Assembly: GCF_006345805.1 (NCBI RefSeq)
Contig: NC_043009.1
Coordinates: 65,038,001 to 65,102,000 of the forward strand
Direction: 5' to 3'
Length of the DNA: 64,000 bases
DNA from: Octopus sinensis
Taxonomy: Eukaryota
The notes under the pieces were generated by a model. The model made no database searches and had not been told where the DNA came from. It saw nothing but the letters and a program-made list of their open reading frames with translations. The position numbers were made by a program, and so were the translations under genes. This document shows, one piece after another, positions 1 through 13,313 of this stretch (position 1 is the first letter of the stretch; each line of letters opens with the position of its first letter).

Positions 1-99
1 TATATAGCACTGCATTACATCACTGCTATGTACCAATGCTGTGCACTATTGCAACTGTTGCCCTCAAATCTATCACAAAGGCCTCACCGTCAAATAGAA

Positions 100-1090
100 A
101 TGACCAAAATGTACTTCTCTGATCTTGACTATGCTGATGGGGATCTTGCTCTGGCAGCTCATCAGGTGTTTGGTGCATAAGGCTTGTTAACATCACTTAA
201 GAGTGCTGCAGTAAAAGCTGGAAGATTGAGTACATAACAATCAATAAGAACGAAAGATCTCTACCAACGAGGACACAAAACTAATGGAGGTCAGTGACTT
301 CAGGACTGGAATCCTATATTCTTTTCTACTCTAGGCACAAGGCCTGAAATTTTGGGGGAAAGGGGCCAGTCGATTAGATCGACCCCTGTACAAAATTGGT
401 ACGTAATTTATCGACCACAAAAGGATGAAAGGCAAAGTCGACCTCGGCGGAATTTGAACTCCGAACGTAACGGCAGACGAAATACGGCTACGCATTTCGC
501 CCGGCGTGCTAATGTTTTCATATTTTTTATTGCCCGCATGGGGCTAAACATAGAAGGGACAAACAAGGACAGACAACGGGATAAAGTCGACTACATCGAC
601 TCCCGGGCGTAACTGGTACTTAATTTATCAACCCCGAAAGGATGAAAGGCAAAGTTGACCCCGGCGGAATTTGAACTCAGAACGTAACGGCAGACGAAAC
701 ACCGCTCAGTATTTCGCCCGGCGTGCTAACGTTTCTGCCAGCTCGCCGCCTTACTGGGATCCTTTATTGCTAACAGTATGAAAGACTTTATGATACGCAA
801 CTGACAAGCCTTGTGTGTGTTTAGCAAGTTTCACAACATCTTTTAATCGAGTAGATCAAACTCAACAAGACTGGTTTTGTGTGTGGAGAGTTTTCTTTTG
901 GTACAGCAGAAACCTGGATAGGGAAGAAGGTTCTTCGTGATCAGGATTCTCAAGAAGAGGTGGATTACAACTTAGAGCGTGGGTAAAAGACCTCCATCCC
1001 TGCCAAAAAGGGATTTATGGACGCAGTTTAACCCATTCTTGCATTTTTGCTCAACGCAATAAAGGCTATTGTTGGCCACTATAATCGGGA
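100..1090 (+). mobile_element. Decayed RTE-type non-LTR retrotransposon, RT C-terminal half, interrupted by a SINE at 321-752
   Basis: 121-153 translates DLDYADGDLAL (RT catalytic YADD-like motif, DLDFADDLAL type). After the SINE come LGSFIANSMKDF, then VESFLL/GTAETW (AETW at 906-917, frameshifted) and a GH..R motif near 1075. The motif order matches the C-terminal part of RTE-clade RT. Confidence 0.7.
321..752 (-). mobile_element. tRNA-derived SINE family A, two-unit copy with a 16-bp TSD
   Basis: The minus strand reads GGCGGCGAGCTGGCAGAAACG (A-box-like) ... GAGTTCAAATTCC (B box), then core GCCTTTCATCCTTTCGGGGT(C/T)GATAAATTAAGTACCAG. TSD is ACTGGAATCCTATATT (305-320) / ACTGGGATCCTTTATT (753-768), 2 mismatches. 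Confidence 0.85.
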
Positions 1091-1406
1091 TCAATACCTG
1101 GCCGTATCAGCTATTTTATTCTAAAGACTTTGGGACCCTAATAGACGATGAGGAGCCCCTAGCTCTATTGGCTTTAAGAATGCATTCTGATGTGTCGTGT
1201 ATGTGTGTTTCTGAAAAACTGAAAGAGAGACGAGAGCACCCCTACATAGGTATGTACACTGGAATACGCTAAAACACGAAAAATTTTTTTTTTCCCATTT
1301 CCCACCGACATAACGAATGTCAACGACAAAAAGATTTGGAAAGGCGTCCTCTTCCCTTCTACTTCCTCGTCCTCCTCAACTACTACAAGAAGAAACAGAA
1401 GAAAAA

Positions 1407-1417
1407 GTACAATAACA

Positions 1418-1453
<36 letters not shown>

Positions 1454-1458
1454 GCCGC

Positions 1459-1492
<34 letters not shown>

Positions 1493-1498
1493 GCTGCA

Positions 1499-1563
<65 letters not shown>
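1407..1563. repeat. Compound (TAC)n/(TGC)n trinucleotide microsatellite
   Basis: Direct inspection; it explains the poly-Y/poly-C and poly-S ORFs. Confidence 0.95.
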
Positions 1564-1565
<2 letters not shown>

Positions 1566-2452
1566 TAAAAGCGGAACGAAGTATAAGCCATCGTTTTTGT
1601 CATTAATCGATTACGTAGAGACCAACCCGTCGAAAGAACAGCCAAATAGCTTTCAAATCACACACAAAACTGTCTTTAGAAAAAAAGGAAGGACACATAG
1701 TTGATAAAGTACATCTAAATACCGTATCTGAAGATTGATTATCTATGGTCACGGTTGGAGAGCCTTTGAGCATAGGTGGTCTGCCGGATCAGGTGTGATT
1801 CTGGGAAAAAAGAAAAGAAAAAAACCCCAGAAAACAGCAAAAACATCATCGTCATCATCATCATCAACATCAACAAAGCAACTATTGCAGCTATCATTGT
1901 AATAAACCGCCTCTACCCCGACCTAAACCCATCACCACCATGGGTACGACCACGCCCATCACCACAATTGCCCAACCCTCCCTCACCACTGCCATCCCCT
2001 ATCACGCCTCCATCAACAATACCACCGCCTTCACCACCACCACCACCATCATTGCCGCCACATCCTCCAACACAACCACGCCTTTCCCCGCCTTCTTCAA
2101 TACAAGCACGCCTCCCACCCACCCCACATCGACTCCCAACGTCAGCGATTTACCCGCCGCCACCACCATCATCATGACCAACACCTGCGTCACCGCTATT
2201 TACAATGACCGCCTCACGACCCCCTCCACTATCACTCCACCCCCACATCATCATCACTACCAAGAAACAATTAGTACATCGACGGACCCCCTGTACTATG
2301 GCTGCGTGGTACAGTCTTCATTATTTGACTGTTTTACTTCATCGATTATGGTAGGATTTGAACTCAGAACGTAAAGAGCCGTAGGTATATACCCCAAGAC
2401 CATCTCTCGACTAAACATTACATTTTAAAGCTCGGCGCTAAGACACACACAT

Positions 2453-2511
<59 letters not shown>

Positions 2512-2535
2512 GAGTGTCAGTCTGTCTGTGTGTAT

Positions 2536-2602
<67 letters not shown>

Positions 2603-2854
2603 AGAGGGTTGGGGGTTCTCTGTGTACGTTAGATTCTACTCAGGGGGGTCTGCAATTGGTTTCCTTGCGGATTTCTCGATAGCAATCCCCATCTAAGTCT
2701 CTATATTGAAAAAGATGGCGGCCAGAGTGTAACTGAACCCATTGCACACGTTGTGACCACTTGAACGCATGAATTTACGCAGATATCCACGTGGTTGCAT
2801 GCATCGGTACGTGCGTATTTGACAGCAGCCTTAAAGGGTTTTGGCCGAAAAAAA

Positions 2855-3146
2855 TAGACCCCTGGACTTATTCTGTGTAAGCCTAGTACTTATTCTATCG
2901 GTCTCATTTGCTGAACTGGTAAGTTACAGGGACGTAAATACACCAGCATAGGTTGTCAAGCAATGTTGGGGGGACAAACACAGACACAAACACACACACA
3001 CACATATATATACATATACACGACGGGCTTTCTTTCAGTTTCCGTCTACCAAATCCAATCACAAGGATTTGGTCGGCCCAAGGCTATAGTATAGAAAGCG
3101 CTTGCCCAAGGTGCCACGCAGTGAAACTGAACCCGGAAACATGTGG

Positions 3147-3149
<3 letters not shown>
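2855..3149 (-). mobile_element. tRNA-derived SINE family C with an internal (CA)/(TA) microsatellite
   Basis: Shares GACGGGCTT-CTTTCAGTTTCCGTCTACCAAATCC and TTGCCCAAGGTGCCACGCAGTG blocks with copies at 15365, 27762, 42513 and 48597. Confidence 0.85.
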
Positions 3150-3180
<31 letters not shown>

Positions 3181-3184
3181 ATAA

Positions 3185-3409
3185 ATATTAGGGAATAAAT
3201 CCAAATTTACAGGGAAAAAATCAGATTTAGGATTAAATCCAATTTTATAGTAAAATATTATAAAATATTATTAGAGACAAAACCACTATTTTGCAAAACA
3301 AACAAGGAAGACTAATCAATACATAAAATTTTAATTATTTATTAAAATTTTATGTATTGATTAAGTCTTTCCTTGTTTGTTTTGCAAAATAGTGGTTTTG
3401 TCTCTAATA

Positions 3410-3418
<9 letters not shown>
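3185..3418. repeat. Repeat terminus with fold-back (arms 3260-3335 / 3341-3418), embedded in (TA)n
   Basis: Arms of about 76 bp with a 5-nt spacer (TATTT) and two 1-nt indels. Homologous to 59436-60021. Confidence 0.85.
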
Positions 3419-3481
<63 letters not shown>

Positions 3482-4029
3482 TATATATATAAATAATATG
3501 CATGTGTAATATTATATGTGTATATATATATAAAGAAAGAGTATATATATATATATATATGAATATAAATATTTAATTTAAGTATATATATATATATATA
3601 TATATACACATACATACAATGAAACATTTATGTAAAATAAATATATTTCACTGTAAAATAGAATATAAAATTTACTAGAAATTTACATAAGTCTACATAA
3701 AAATTTTACAAAATTTGCCGAAACAACGAACAGGATGCTCAACTAAAAACCTTTTCTCGTCTTTCAAAGACATATTGTTTCTGTTGTTCGCTAGAATTTG
3801 TCTTGGAAAGCAATTGAAAGCAGGAAGATGTTCAATGAAAAACTCTGCTACAATACCAGAGAGAAGAAAGAATTGTTGGCTTACAATTCCTCTCATGCAA
3901 TCTTCCAGTTTACAGCTGCGCGTTCTCCCTTTCCGATAAATTCCACAGAGGTAGAGTGTGTTAGCCTTTGGCTCCTGTCTAGCGCATCTACGAACGTACG
4001 CTGCTCTGTTGGCATGCATGAATATATCT

Positions 4030-6060
4030 GCTTACATACATGTATACATAAAGGCATACATACATACATACATACATACATACATACATACATGCATGCA
4101 TACATACATATATACATACATACATGCATGCATACCTGCATGTATACAAACATGTATACATATATACATGCATGCATGCATAATACATACATAATACATA
4201 CATACATATATGCATACATACATGAATGCATACATAAATGAATGCATAAATACATACATGCACGCATGCATGCATAATACATACACGTATACATGCATAC
4301 ATACATGCATACATACTTACATGCATACATACATACATACATGATACATACATACATATATACAAGTATACATACATTCATGTGTATATACATGCATAAT
4401 TACATGTATACATACATGCATACATACATACATGTATACATACATACATGCATACATACATAAATGTATACATACATGCATGCATACATACATACATACA
4501 TGTATACATACATATATGCATACATACATACATACATTCATAATACATACATACATACATACATTCATAATACATACATACATACATACATACATACATG
4601 CATACATACATGCATACATACATGCATACATACATAGATAAGCACATACATGTTTGTATGTGTGTAAGTTCCTATGTATGTGTAGATATGAATGTATGCA
4701 TGTGTCCTCATGTGTGTGTCCGTGTGCATGTGTGTGTGTGCACAAATGTTTACATACATAATATTTGTATGTATCAATGTATGACTACATGAAAATCTGT
4801 GCGTGTATGTCCATATGTGCGCACACAAGTGTCTGTGTAAGCATATAGTCATGTGCATACGTTTAATGTGTGTGCGTCTGGGTGTGAGTGTGGGAGTGTG
4901 CCTCTATGTATTTCAGTCGATGTGCGTGTGTGTATGTATGTGCTGTGTGTGTGCGTGTGCATGTATGAGTGTGTCTGTATAGGTGTGTATAAATTATTTA
5001 TTCATTTTAAGCAGATGATTTACTCTATCGCTACTATGATTTCAGGCCTGTATGCATCAGCTTACAGACATACATACATACATATATAAATACATACATA
5101 ATACATACATACATACATATAAACATACATACATACATACATACGTACATATATACATATATGCATACATACATACATACGTACATACATACGTACATAC
5201 ATACATACATACATACATACATACATACATACATACATACATACATGCATACATAAATACATACATGCATACATATATAATACATATATACATACATACA
5301 TGCATACATAAATACATACATAATACATACATACATATATACATACATACATGCATACATAAATACATACATAATACATACATACATATATACATGCATA
5401 CATACATACAACATACATACATACGTAATACATAATACATACATGCATACATACATAATACATACATGCATACATATATAATACATTTATACATACATAC
5501 ATACATGCATACATATATAATACATATATAATACATACATGCATACATAAATACATACATAATACATAGATACATACATATATACATACATACATACATA
5601 CATGCATACATACATATATACATGCATGCATACATACATACATACATACTTACATACATACATGCATGCATACATAATACATAATACATACATGCATACA
5701 TAAATAATACATACATGCATACATAAATGATACATACATGCATACATAAATAATACATACATGCATACATACATACATACATACATACGTACATGCATAC
5801 ATACATACATGCATACATACATAAATAAATAAACACACATACATACATGCATATATGCATACATGCATCCATACATACACACATACATACATACATATAC
5901 ATGTACATACATACGCACGTAATACACATACATAAACACATACACACGTGGATATATATACACATACAGACGTACACACATATATACACACACATACATA
6001 CATATATATATATACATGCATACAGATACATAAATACACGTACATAAAGATAAATATTCA
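4030..6060. repeat. Long degenerate (TACA)n/(TGCA)/(TA) microsatellite field
   Basis: Direct inspection; source of the many MYVC/HTYI ORFs. Confidence 0.95.
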
Positions 6061-6196
6061 CACACACATACGCAAACATACATCCATACATCTATAATCT
6101 CTCTCTCTCTCCTCTTTCTGTCTATCAGGGTATCAATGTCTCCCTCTTTTTCTGTCTTCCTTTCCTCTGTCTCCCATGCATACATTGGTAGTTAAT

Positions 6197-6268
<72 letters not shown>

Positions 6269-7509
6269 GCACACACACACATATAAGTAGGTACGTCGCA
6301 TTCCTCGGTTCATAACTCACACACTTTTTCCTTCCAAGAATAAATGTTATCTCTAAACTCTAAACACAAATTTTAAAACCGGATTTGACTCTCGTGTCCA
6401 GTGTGGTGATGGTACCTAGTGAGATGTCGACACGGTGTATCGGTACCAGATATTCTTCAGTCAGTAGCAGAAATGCCTCACCTGTCATTTGTAGATAGGC
6501 AGGTGTACCTGGGAATCGAACGTCATCTGTTGACTCTCAGTTTAGTTGATTGTCTGACGAAGCCCCGCCCCCCACAACGATGTCACACTACAGCAACGAA
6601 GGAGAGAAGACATGTAATTAGTGACGAGGGACACACTGTAAAATCTTCCGAGCAACATGGCGATAGGGCAGCTGGGCGTCGGAACGGATTATCACCAACC
6701 AATAAAATGATTCTTGAAGGGAGGAAACAATGGGAGGAATGAAAGACAATTGGAAAATTGGAAGGACAAAATGAGGACTCTTGTCATAAAGAAGCATAAT
6801 TCCTACAAATACAAGAAACCATACAATTATGGAGACACAGTCAATAGATTATGGAGTTTAAAGCCTTAAAGATGATATTGGGTTCAAGGAGAACAGAAAA
6901 GGGGAAATATGCCAGCAGTTGAGTTTATAGTTCTTAGGACTTGGTTCTAGCATTTCATAAAACCTAAGGGTTGTACAAACGATAGTTGAAAGGCTTAGTG
7001 AAATATACTTGATGTTTTACAAATATGTGATAAACGTTAGAATGGAAAATATCATAAGAGCCATGAGAAATGTGTCTTATATGTGTTCACAATGTGAGCG
7101 AAGATAAATGGTGTAGCATTTTAGCTCTCACTGAATACAATCGACGAAACCGGATCGGAGTAAACAAAGAAGGTAGAAAAATGTTTGAAGCCATCATCGG
7201 AACATGATGTTAGTGGAGTGTTCCCCCACCTCCATGCACCGGGAGTGGGGGGGAGGGGATTTCAGGAAGAGACTGGAGGGAAAAAGAAAAATATAAGTTG
7301 AACAGGAAAAATTTCCTGATATGACAGAAATAAATTCCAAGGTGGGATATTCCTCGATGTAACCCAGAGATGAACTAATCCGCAGATTTAGAAAAAGCAT
7401 TAAATGACAGAACATTAAAGAGTTTTTCACTTCCCGAGCGTTAAACTAATACATCTGTTTGTTGTCTACACCAACTGTCTTCGTCTTTTGTTATTCCGTG
7501 AATGCTCCC

Positions 7510-7870
7510 TATATATATATATAAATCATATAAAATGGGACAAGAACGCAAAACATCCGGACAACTAGGTGATACAAAAAGGGACAACAAAACAACCAGA
7601 TAGACGATACAAAGAAAACAAAGATGGGTCATTCGAAGTTTTCTTTCTTCAGTCAAGCACCAGATTATCCTCGCAATTTCGGCTGATTATTCTTGTGATT
7701 GCTCCAAACTGGCCAGCCCTAAGGAAAAACTAAGCCTAGAGCATTATATTCCTTGGAAGAAAGCAGCGAATGTATACTAAAACAAGGACGGAAAAAACGG
7801 ACAATGTTACACAAATATAAATACAATAAAAATAATAACAGGACATAACAACATAAATATATCAACAGGC
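7510..7870 (-). mobile_element. Repeat family P2 3' region (probable PLE terminus), ending at (TA)n
   Basis: TGGGACAAGAACGCAAAACAT...CATTCGAAG...CTTCAGTCAAG...AATTTCGGCTGATTA matches 26029-26250 and 33030-33180. Confidence 0.65.
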
Positions 7871-8104
7871 CTGTATGTATAGTATATAATATATATATAT
7901 ATAGATATGTATATACAACCATATACATATGCGTATACACACATATATATAAATACATTTATATAGATACATATATATAAATACATATATATAAATATAT
8001 TTATATACACACACACATTTATATATATATATATAATATATATATATATAGATATATGTCACACACACACACATACACACACACACATACACACACACAC
8101 ACAT

Positions 8105-8135
<31 letters not shown>

Positions 8136-8991
8136 CTGGTAGAATTGAAGTATTTCAATCTTTACAAAAGAAAAACAAACAAGTAACACCTGTCTCTCGA
8201 TGAATTTCCTTGTTTTTCACCGACAGAATTTCAGTTTTCAGAATTGAAAAACCAACGGCAACACATTTTCTTATGTTCGCGATGATCTCCGACACAAAAT
8301 TCTTTCTCATAATTCGTCTTTTATTGTCTTCTCTTATAACATCACATTATATATAAATCGCCAGCAAAGCGGGAGTCATTGTTCTCCAAGTGAGCTTTCT
8401 TTCTCTGCCGCGCATAGAAGCGATCGCGTCAAAAGCTATTCTCATTCCGTTTGTCTTTTGTAGAGTTTAAATAATTTCCAATATAGAAAAGAAAACATCC
8501 ATCAGAAAACAGAACGGTAAATGAGGGAGAGATTAAGAAATATAGAGGATGATGAATAAGAACGAAGCCAGTAATAGAGAAGATGAAAGAGGGAGAGAGA
8601 AGAAGGAAGTTAAGGAAGAGAGAGAGAGACAAGAGAGAAAAAGCCAAAGTGTGAGAGGGAAAAAGAGAGAGAGAGTGGTTTTATTCCTCGCAGACTTCAG
8701 TTCCATAACGGTACATATTTGCTACGCAAAGAGGTTAAATGAAGAAAATGCCATACAAATTGTAAGTGAGCGCATATTATGGAGCCGTAGGGTGGCAGTT
8801 TCCACTATGAGCATCAGTGTAACAATGTCACTGAATATTAATATTGGATGTTGCTTTCCGTATGTCTTGACCAACATAAATACTTAATAATGTCTCCCAA
8901 CTTCAAACGGATTTCTGCAGAGAAAGAAAAACGAAACACACAGAAATTTCAAACGTACGGCGACGTATATTATTATGACCGTATACGTACG

Positions 8992-9032
<41 letters not shown>

Positions 9033-9240
9033 ATACATGCATGTGCATGTGTGCATAAGTGTAGGTGTGTGTAAGATTACACACACACACACACACACAT
9101 ATGCGCATAAAGCACGCACACACACATATAGTATACACATGTATGATGTACAATTTTGTGTGCATGCATATAGACTATATATATTTATATATGTATACAT
9201 ATATATATTTGTGTGTATACACACACACTCACTCACACAC

Positions 9241-9300
<60 letters not shown>

Positions 9301-9654
9301 ACACATATTCATACAAACGTATGATTATTTTTTTCAAATCCTCTTTAAAAATAGGTCACGTTGTACTGAAGAGGTCGCTAAGAAAGAAGTGCACTTATGT
9401 GCATAATGTATCGAAGTAAATTGATTAATCTTGCCATTATTTCTTTCTTTTACAGCTTTTATAAGTAAGGAGAATGCTTCGCTTTAAAAGCGAGGTGGGG
9501 GGAGGGGTACATTAACCCAGTTGTATTAGGAGCAAATGAATTTCAGCCTCACCCTGACTAGTCATTTTTTGTTTTACTAACGAAAATGTTTTGTCGCCAT
9601 TTTCAACAGCAATGAAGGTAGACGAAGCTAGTGTTGACAAAGATGAGCTGAAGC

Positions 9655-10042
9655 CCTCCCTAGTCGTGTCACTCCGTCGGTTACGACGACGAGGGTTTCA
9701 GTTGATCCGATCAATGGAACAGCCTCCTCGTGAAGCTAACGTGTAAGTGGCTGAGCACTCAACAGACACGTGTACCCTTACCGTAGTTCTTGGGGAGACG
9801 TAGCGTGAGACAGTGTGTGGCAATGCTGGCACCTTTGAAATACAGGTACAACAGAAACAGGAAGAAAGAGTGACAGAAAGTTGTGGAGAAAGAGTACAGC
9901 AGGGTTCACCACCACCCCCTGCTGGAGCCTCGTGGAGCTTTAAGTGTTTTCGCTCAATAAACACTCACAACGCCTGGTCTGGGAATCGAAACCGCGATCC
10001 TACGACCGCGAGTCCGCTGCCCTAACCACCGGGCCACTGCCA
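9655..10042 (-). mobile_element. tRNA-derived SINE family B, full length
   Basis: The minus-strand head has an A box (TGGCCCGGTGG) and a B box (GGTTTCGATTCC). The core TGTTTATTGAGCGAAAACAC is shared with 34415, 37792 and 41200. Confidence 0.85.
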
Positions 10043-10228
10043 CACCACGAAGCCTTCCCTAACCAAGATAAGAAAAATATTGCAACCATATTGGAAAGAA
10101 TTCGAATATCAGTTACTTTATCGATACAGGGAGGACGAACAGCACAGTCGGTCGCAGCAGGGTTTGAATTCAGAGTGGAAAAGCAACAAAAACTGTGTCA
10201 AAAGCCCGGCAGTTTCAATGAAGGGTGC

Positions 10229-10393
10229 AAGTTGATCACAGTGACCCCAGTATGTAACTCCTACTTATTTTACTGACCCCGAAAAGATGAAATGCAAAAA
10301 TGGCTGCGGCGGAATTCGAACTGAGAACGTAAAGACAGACGAAATGCTGCTATGCATTTTGCCCGGCGTGTTAACGATTCTGCCAGCTCACCG
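10229..10393 (-). mobile_element. SINE family A, diverged copy
   Basis: Core, B box and head (CTGCCAGCTCACCG) are recognisable. Confidence 0.75.
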
Positions 10394-10783
10394 TATTAGA
10401 AATTATTTTTAATAGATATTAAAAATAAGAATTTCTCTTCGTTTTCTTTATGAGACAAAGACAATTTCTGTTGTAGAGTGTGTGAATATGACTTAATAAA
10501 ACGGTACATCAATGGCACTTACTAAGGAAACATTCTAATTGGTCGGATATGAAAAGAGCTATCTTGTCCCTTTCTGTTCCACTCTCCATAATAGATTTTC
10601 TTGCAGTAACATTACCTTCCTTCTACGTACTATCAGTTTAACGAGCGATCTCGGCGACTATCTTCTTAAGTCCTCTGTGCTTCGCAGAAAATTTTCCTGG
10701 GAGAATACAAAAATGTTTTTTGCGTAGCTTTTGACTGCTGTTTACATCGCTATAGACTATCATGATATTGATAGATAAAGAGG

Positions 10784-10830
<47 letters not shown>

Positions 10831-11649
10831 AGAGAGAGAAGATAGAGAGATAGAGAGATAGAGAGATGAGGAGATGAGAGAGAGGGAGAGAGATGAGGAG
10901 ATGAGAGAGAGACATGAGGAGATGAGAGAGAGATGAGGAGATGTGAGAGAGAGATGAGGAGATGAGAGAGAGATGAAGAGATGAGATAGGGATGAGAAAG
11001 AAGTACTGGCCTATTTCATTTATCGATCCCGGCACGATGAAGGGCAAAGTTAAATTGGCAGGCTTTGAATGTAGAATGTAGAGAAGTGGAGCAAATTGCT
11101 CAAAAACATTCGTTCTTGTATTTAATTCGCTGTTTTTGCCGATAACCGTGAGATAATACTAAACTGGTGTGTGGAATTCCTTTAAGGTTCGATGAAATTA
11201 AACAAGAACGAAAACCAGAAGTCCGCGCTGTTTGTAGGCGTTATCTACTTGGAGTTATGCTATGTCGCCTTCCTTAACCTTTTTCTCATGTAGGCCATGT
11301 ATGGAAGAAGAAATGTTTCATAAATATTTAAAACACATCCACAATGACTCAGTCTTCCTATAAGAATGATCTAGAACGTATTGATAGATTCCAGCCTTCT
11401 ATGACATAGTGTCACACGAGCTTCGTGATCGTGATTGTATTAAACACGCACACCACAGAATACCTCATAACTTCTGGGACGACAGAAATAGTCTTTGAGG
11501 AAAAATCTCAGAGAAATATTTCTTTTCCAGCCCAATTATGAACTAATGTCTTGCTCGTAATTATGGTTGTTTAGTTCCGTGTCAGTTTTGAGCGAACAAA
11601 TCTATAACAATGTGTAAAGTTGGTATACAGCCACAAACTGTGGGGTGGG

Positions 11650-12186
11650 GGTGGGGGTTAGAGTCGATTGTATCGACCCCAATATGTGACAGGTATTTAT
11701 TTCATTCACTTTAGAAGGGATAAAAGAAAAAAAGAACCTGAAGTAGACTTCAGAGGAAATTGAACTCACAATGTAATTATTTCTTTATTACCTACAGGGG
11801 GCTAAACATAAAGTGGACAAAGAGAGACGAAGGGATTAAGTCAGTTACATCGACCCCAGCGCGTAACTGGTACTTATTTAAATGATCCCGAAAGGATGAA
11901 AGGCAAAGTCGACCTCGGCGGAATTTGAACTCAGAACGTAACGGTAGATAAGATACCTATTTCTTTACTACCCACAAGGGGCTAAACACAGAGAGGATAA
12001 ACAAGGACAGACAAACGGATTAAGGCAATTATGTCGACTCAAGTGCGTAACTGGTACTTAATTTATCGACCCCGAAATAATGAAAGCAAAGTCGACCTCG
12101 GTGGAATTTGAACTCAGAACGTAGCGGCAGACGAAATACCGCTAAGCATTTCGCCCGGCGTGCTAACGATTCTGGCAGCTCGCCGT
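11650..12186 (-). mobile_element. SINE family A head-to-tail array of three units
   Basis: Three GAACTCA(G/C)AA B-box segments; internal junction GATACCTATTTCTTTACTACCCACAAG near 11956. Confidence 0.8.
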
Positions 12187-12329
12187 CCTCACAGTGTAAT
12201 GGAACATAAATACCACAAAATATTTAATTGTGTTGCTCCACCGATTCAGCCAATCTATACCCCGATCAAGAATGTCATTTGTGTTCGACTTGTGTGCCTC
12301 CTTTATTCAGACATATTTATCTAGGAATA

Positions 12330-13115
12330 CGAGGGGGTACCCAAAAGAAACCGGAAATGCTCTCTGTGGCATCGTGTCGTGTGGTTGTGAAGGCACATGG
12401 TGCGTCTTTATTTTGCAGTGCTTCTCCCCTGTTCGTCGATTTTTGCGACGGCTGAAACGAAGGAACAGCGGGCTTCCGTGAAATTCTGTTTTCTGCTGGG
12501 GAAAACGGTGGCCGAAACTGTTGTCATGCTTCAAACAGTTTACAAGAACGTTGCCATGAGCCAAAACACAAGTTTACAAGTGGTTTCCATGTTTTAGGAA
12601 TGGTCACTTGTCGCTTGACGACCATCCTCGTTCAGGGCGACCATCGCCCACCCCGAACGAATGAAAAATCACGAAAATTCATAAACTGATCTTGGAGGAC
12701 CATCACCAAACAATTAACGTGTGTCCTGGAGCTCCTGTCAACGAAGTTTGAGCGAGGAATTGCGAATGAAAAGTGTTGCAGCAAAATTTCTGCCTCGCTT
12801 GCTTACGGATGAGCAGAAGCAGTCACGACAGAATTCGTGTTGCGAATTGAAAAAACAGGTGGAAGTTGATCCGGACCTTTTTTCGAATGTCATCACTGGT
12901 GACGAAAGCTGGTGCTATGGAATTTTCAGATGTGGGAGAGATGAAGAAAAAAAAACGACAGAGGCGTTAAAAGGCATCGAATTGTTAAAAATCCGCCTGG
13001 ACTGATGCATTGCTTGAAATGGAGAATACTTTGAAGGCGATAAAAGTGTAAATATGTAAAACCAAGTGAATAAAATAATATTGCAAAATTCCGGTTTCTT
13101 TTGGGTAGTCCCTCG
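12330..13115 (+). mobile_element. Internally deleted mariner (Tc1/mariner) DNA transposon, 786 bp
   Basis: TIRs of about 29 bp, CGAGGGGGTACCCAAAAGAAACCGGAAAT / ATTCCGGTTTCTTTTGGGTAGTCCCTCG, flanked by TA (12328-12329, 13116-13117). Transposase fragments are EQRASVKFCFLLGKTVAET, KFLPRLLTDEQK, VITGDESWCYG and the C-terminal NGEYFEGDK. Frameshifted, and the region holding the 2nd and 3rd catalytic Asp is missing. Confidence 0.93.
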
Positions 13116-13254
13116 TACATTATCTCATGTCACCATTTCTGGGTAATGTTGAATTGTAATTTTGATTTATTCAGTTATTCTGTTATTCTGTATTCTTACA
13201 TGTAAGTTAGGTAAATACTTAGGGATGGGCTTTTTATAACTAGTAGAGAGAGAG

Positions 13255-13313
<59 letters not shown>

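Noticed and set aside
3693-4019. 108-aa minus-strand ORF with a faint GIY-like look
   Set aside because: No YIG/ET/EH motifs in proper spacing; the similarity is not convincing.
5057-6091. 344-aa MYVC-repeat ORF and the many similar HTYI/YIYI ORFs
   Set aside because: Stop-free frames of (TACA)n/(TA)n/(CA)n microsatellites.
6900-7440. Possible PLE/LINE coding remnant (ELIRRFRKSIK..IKEFF; DLEKAL in another frame)
   Set aside because: Two incompatible weak readings and no catalytic motif.
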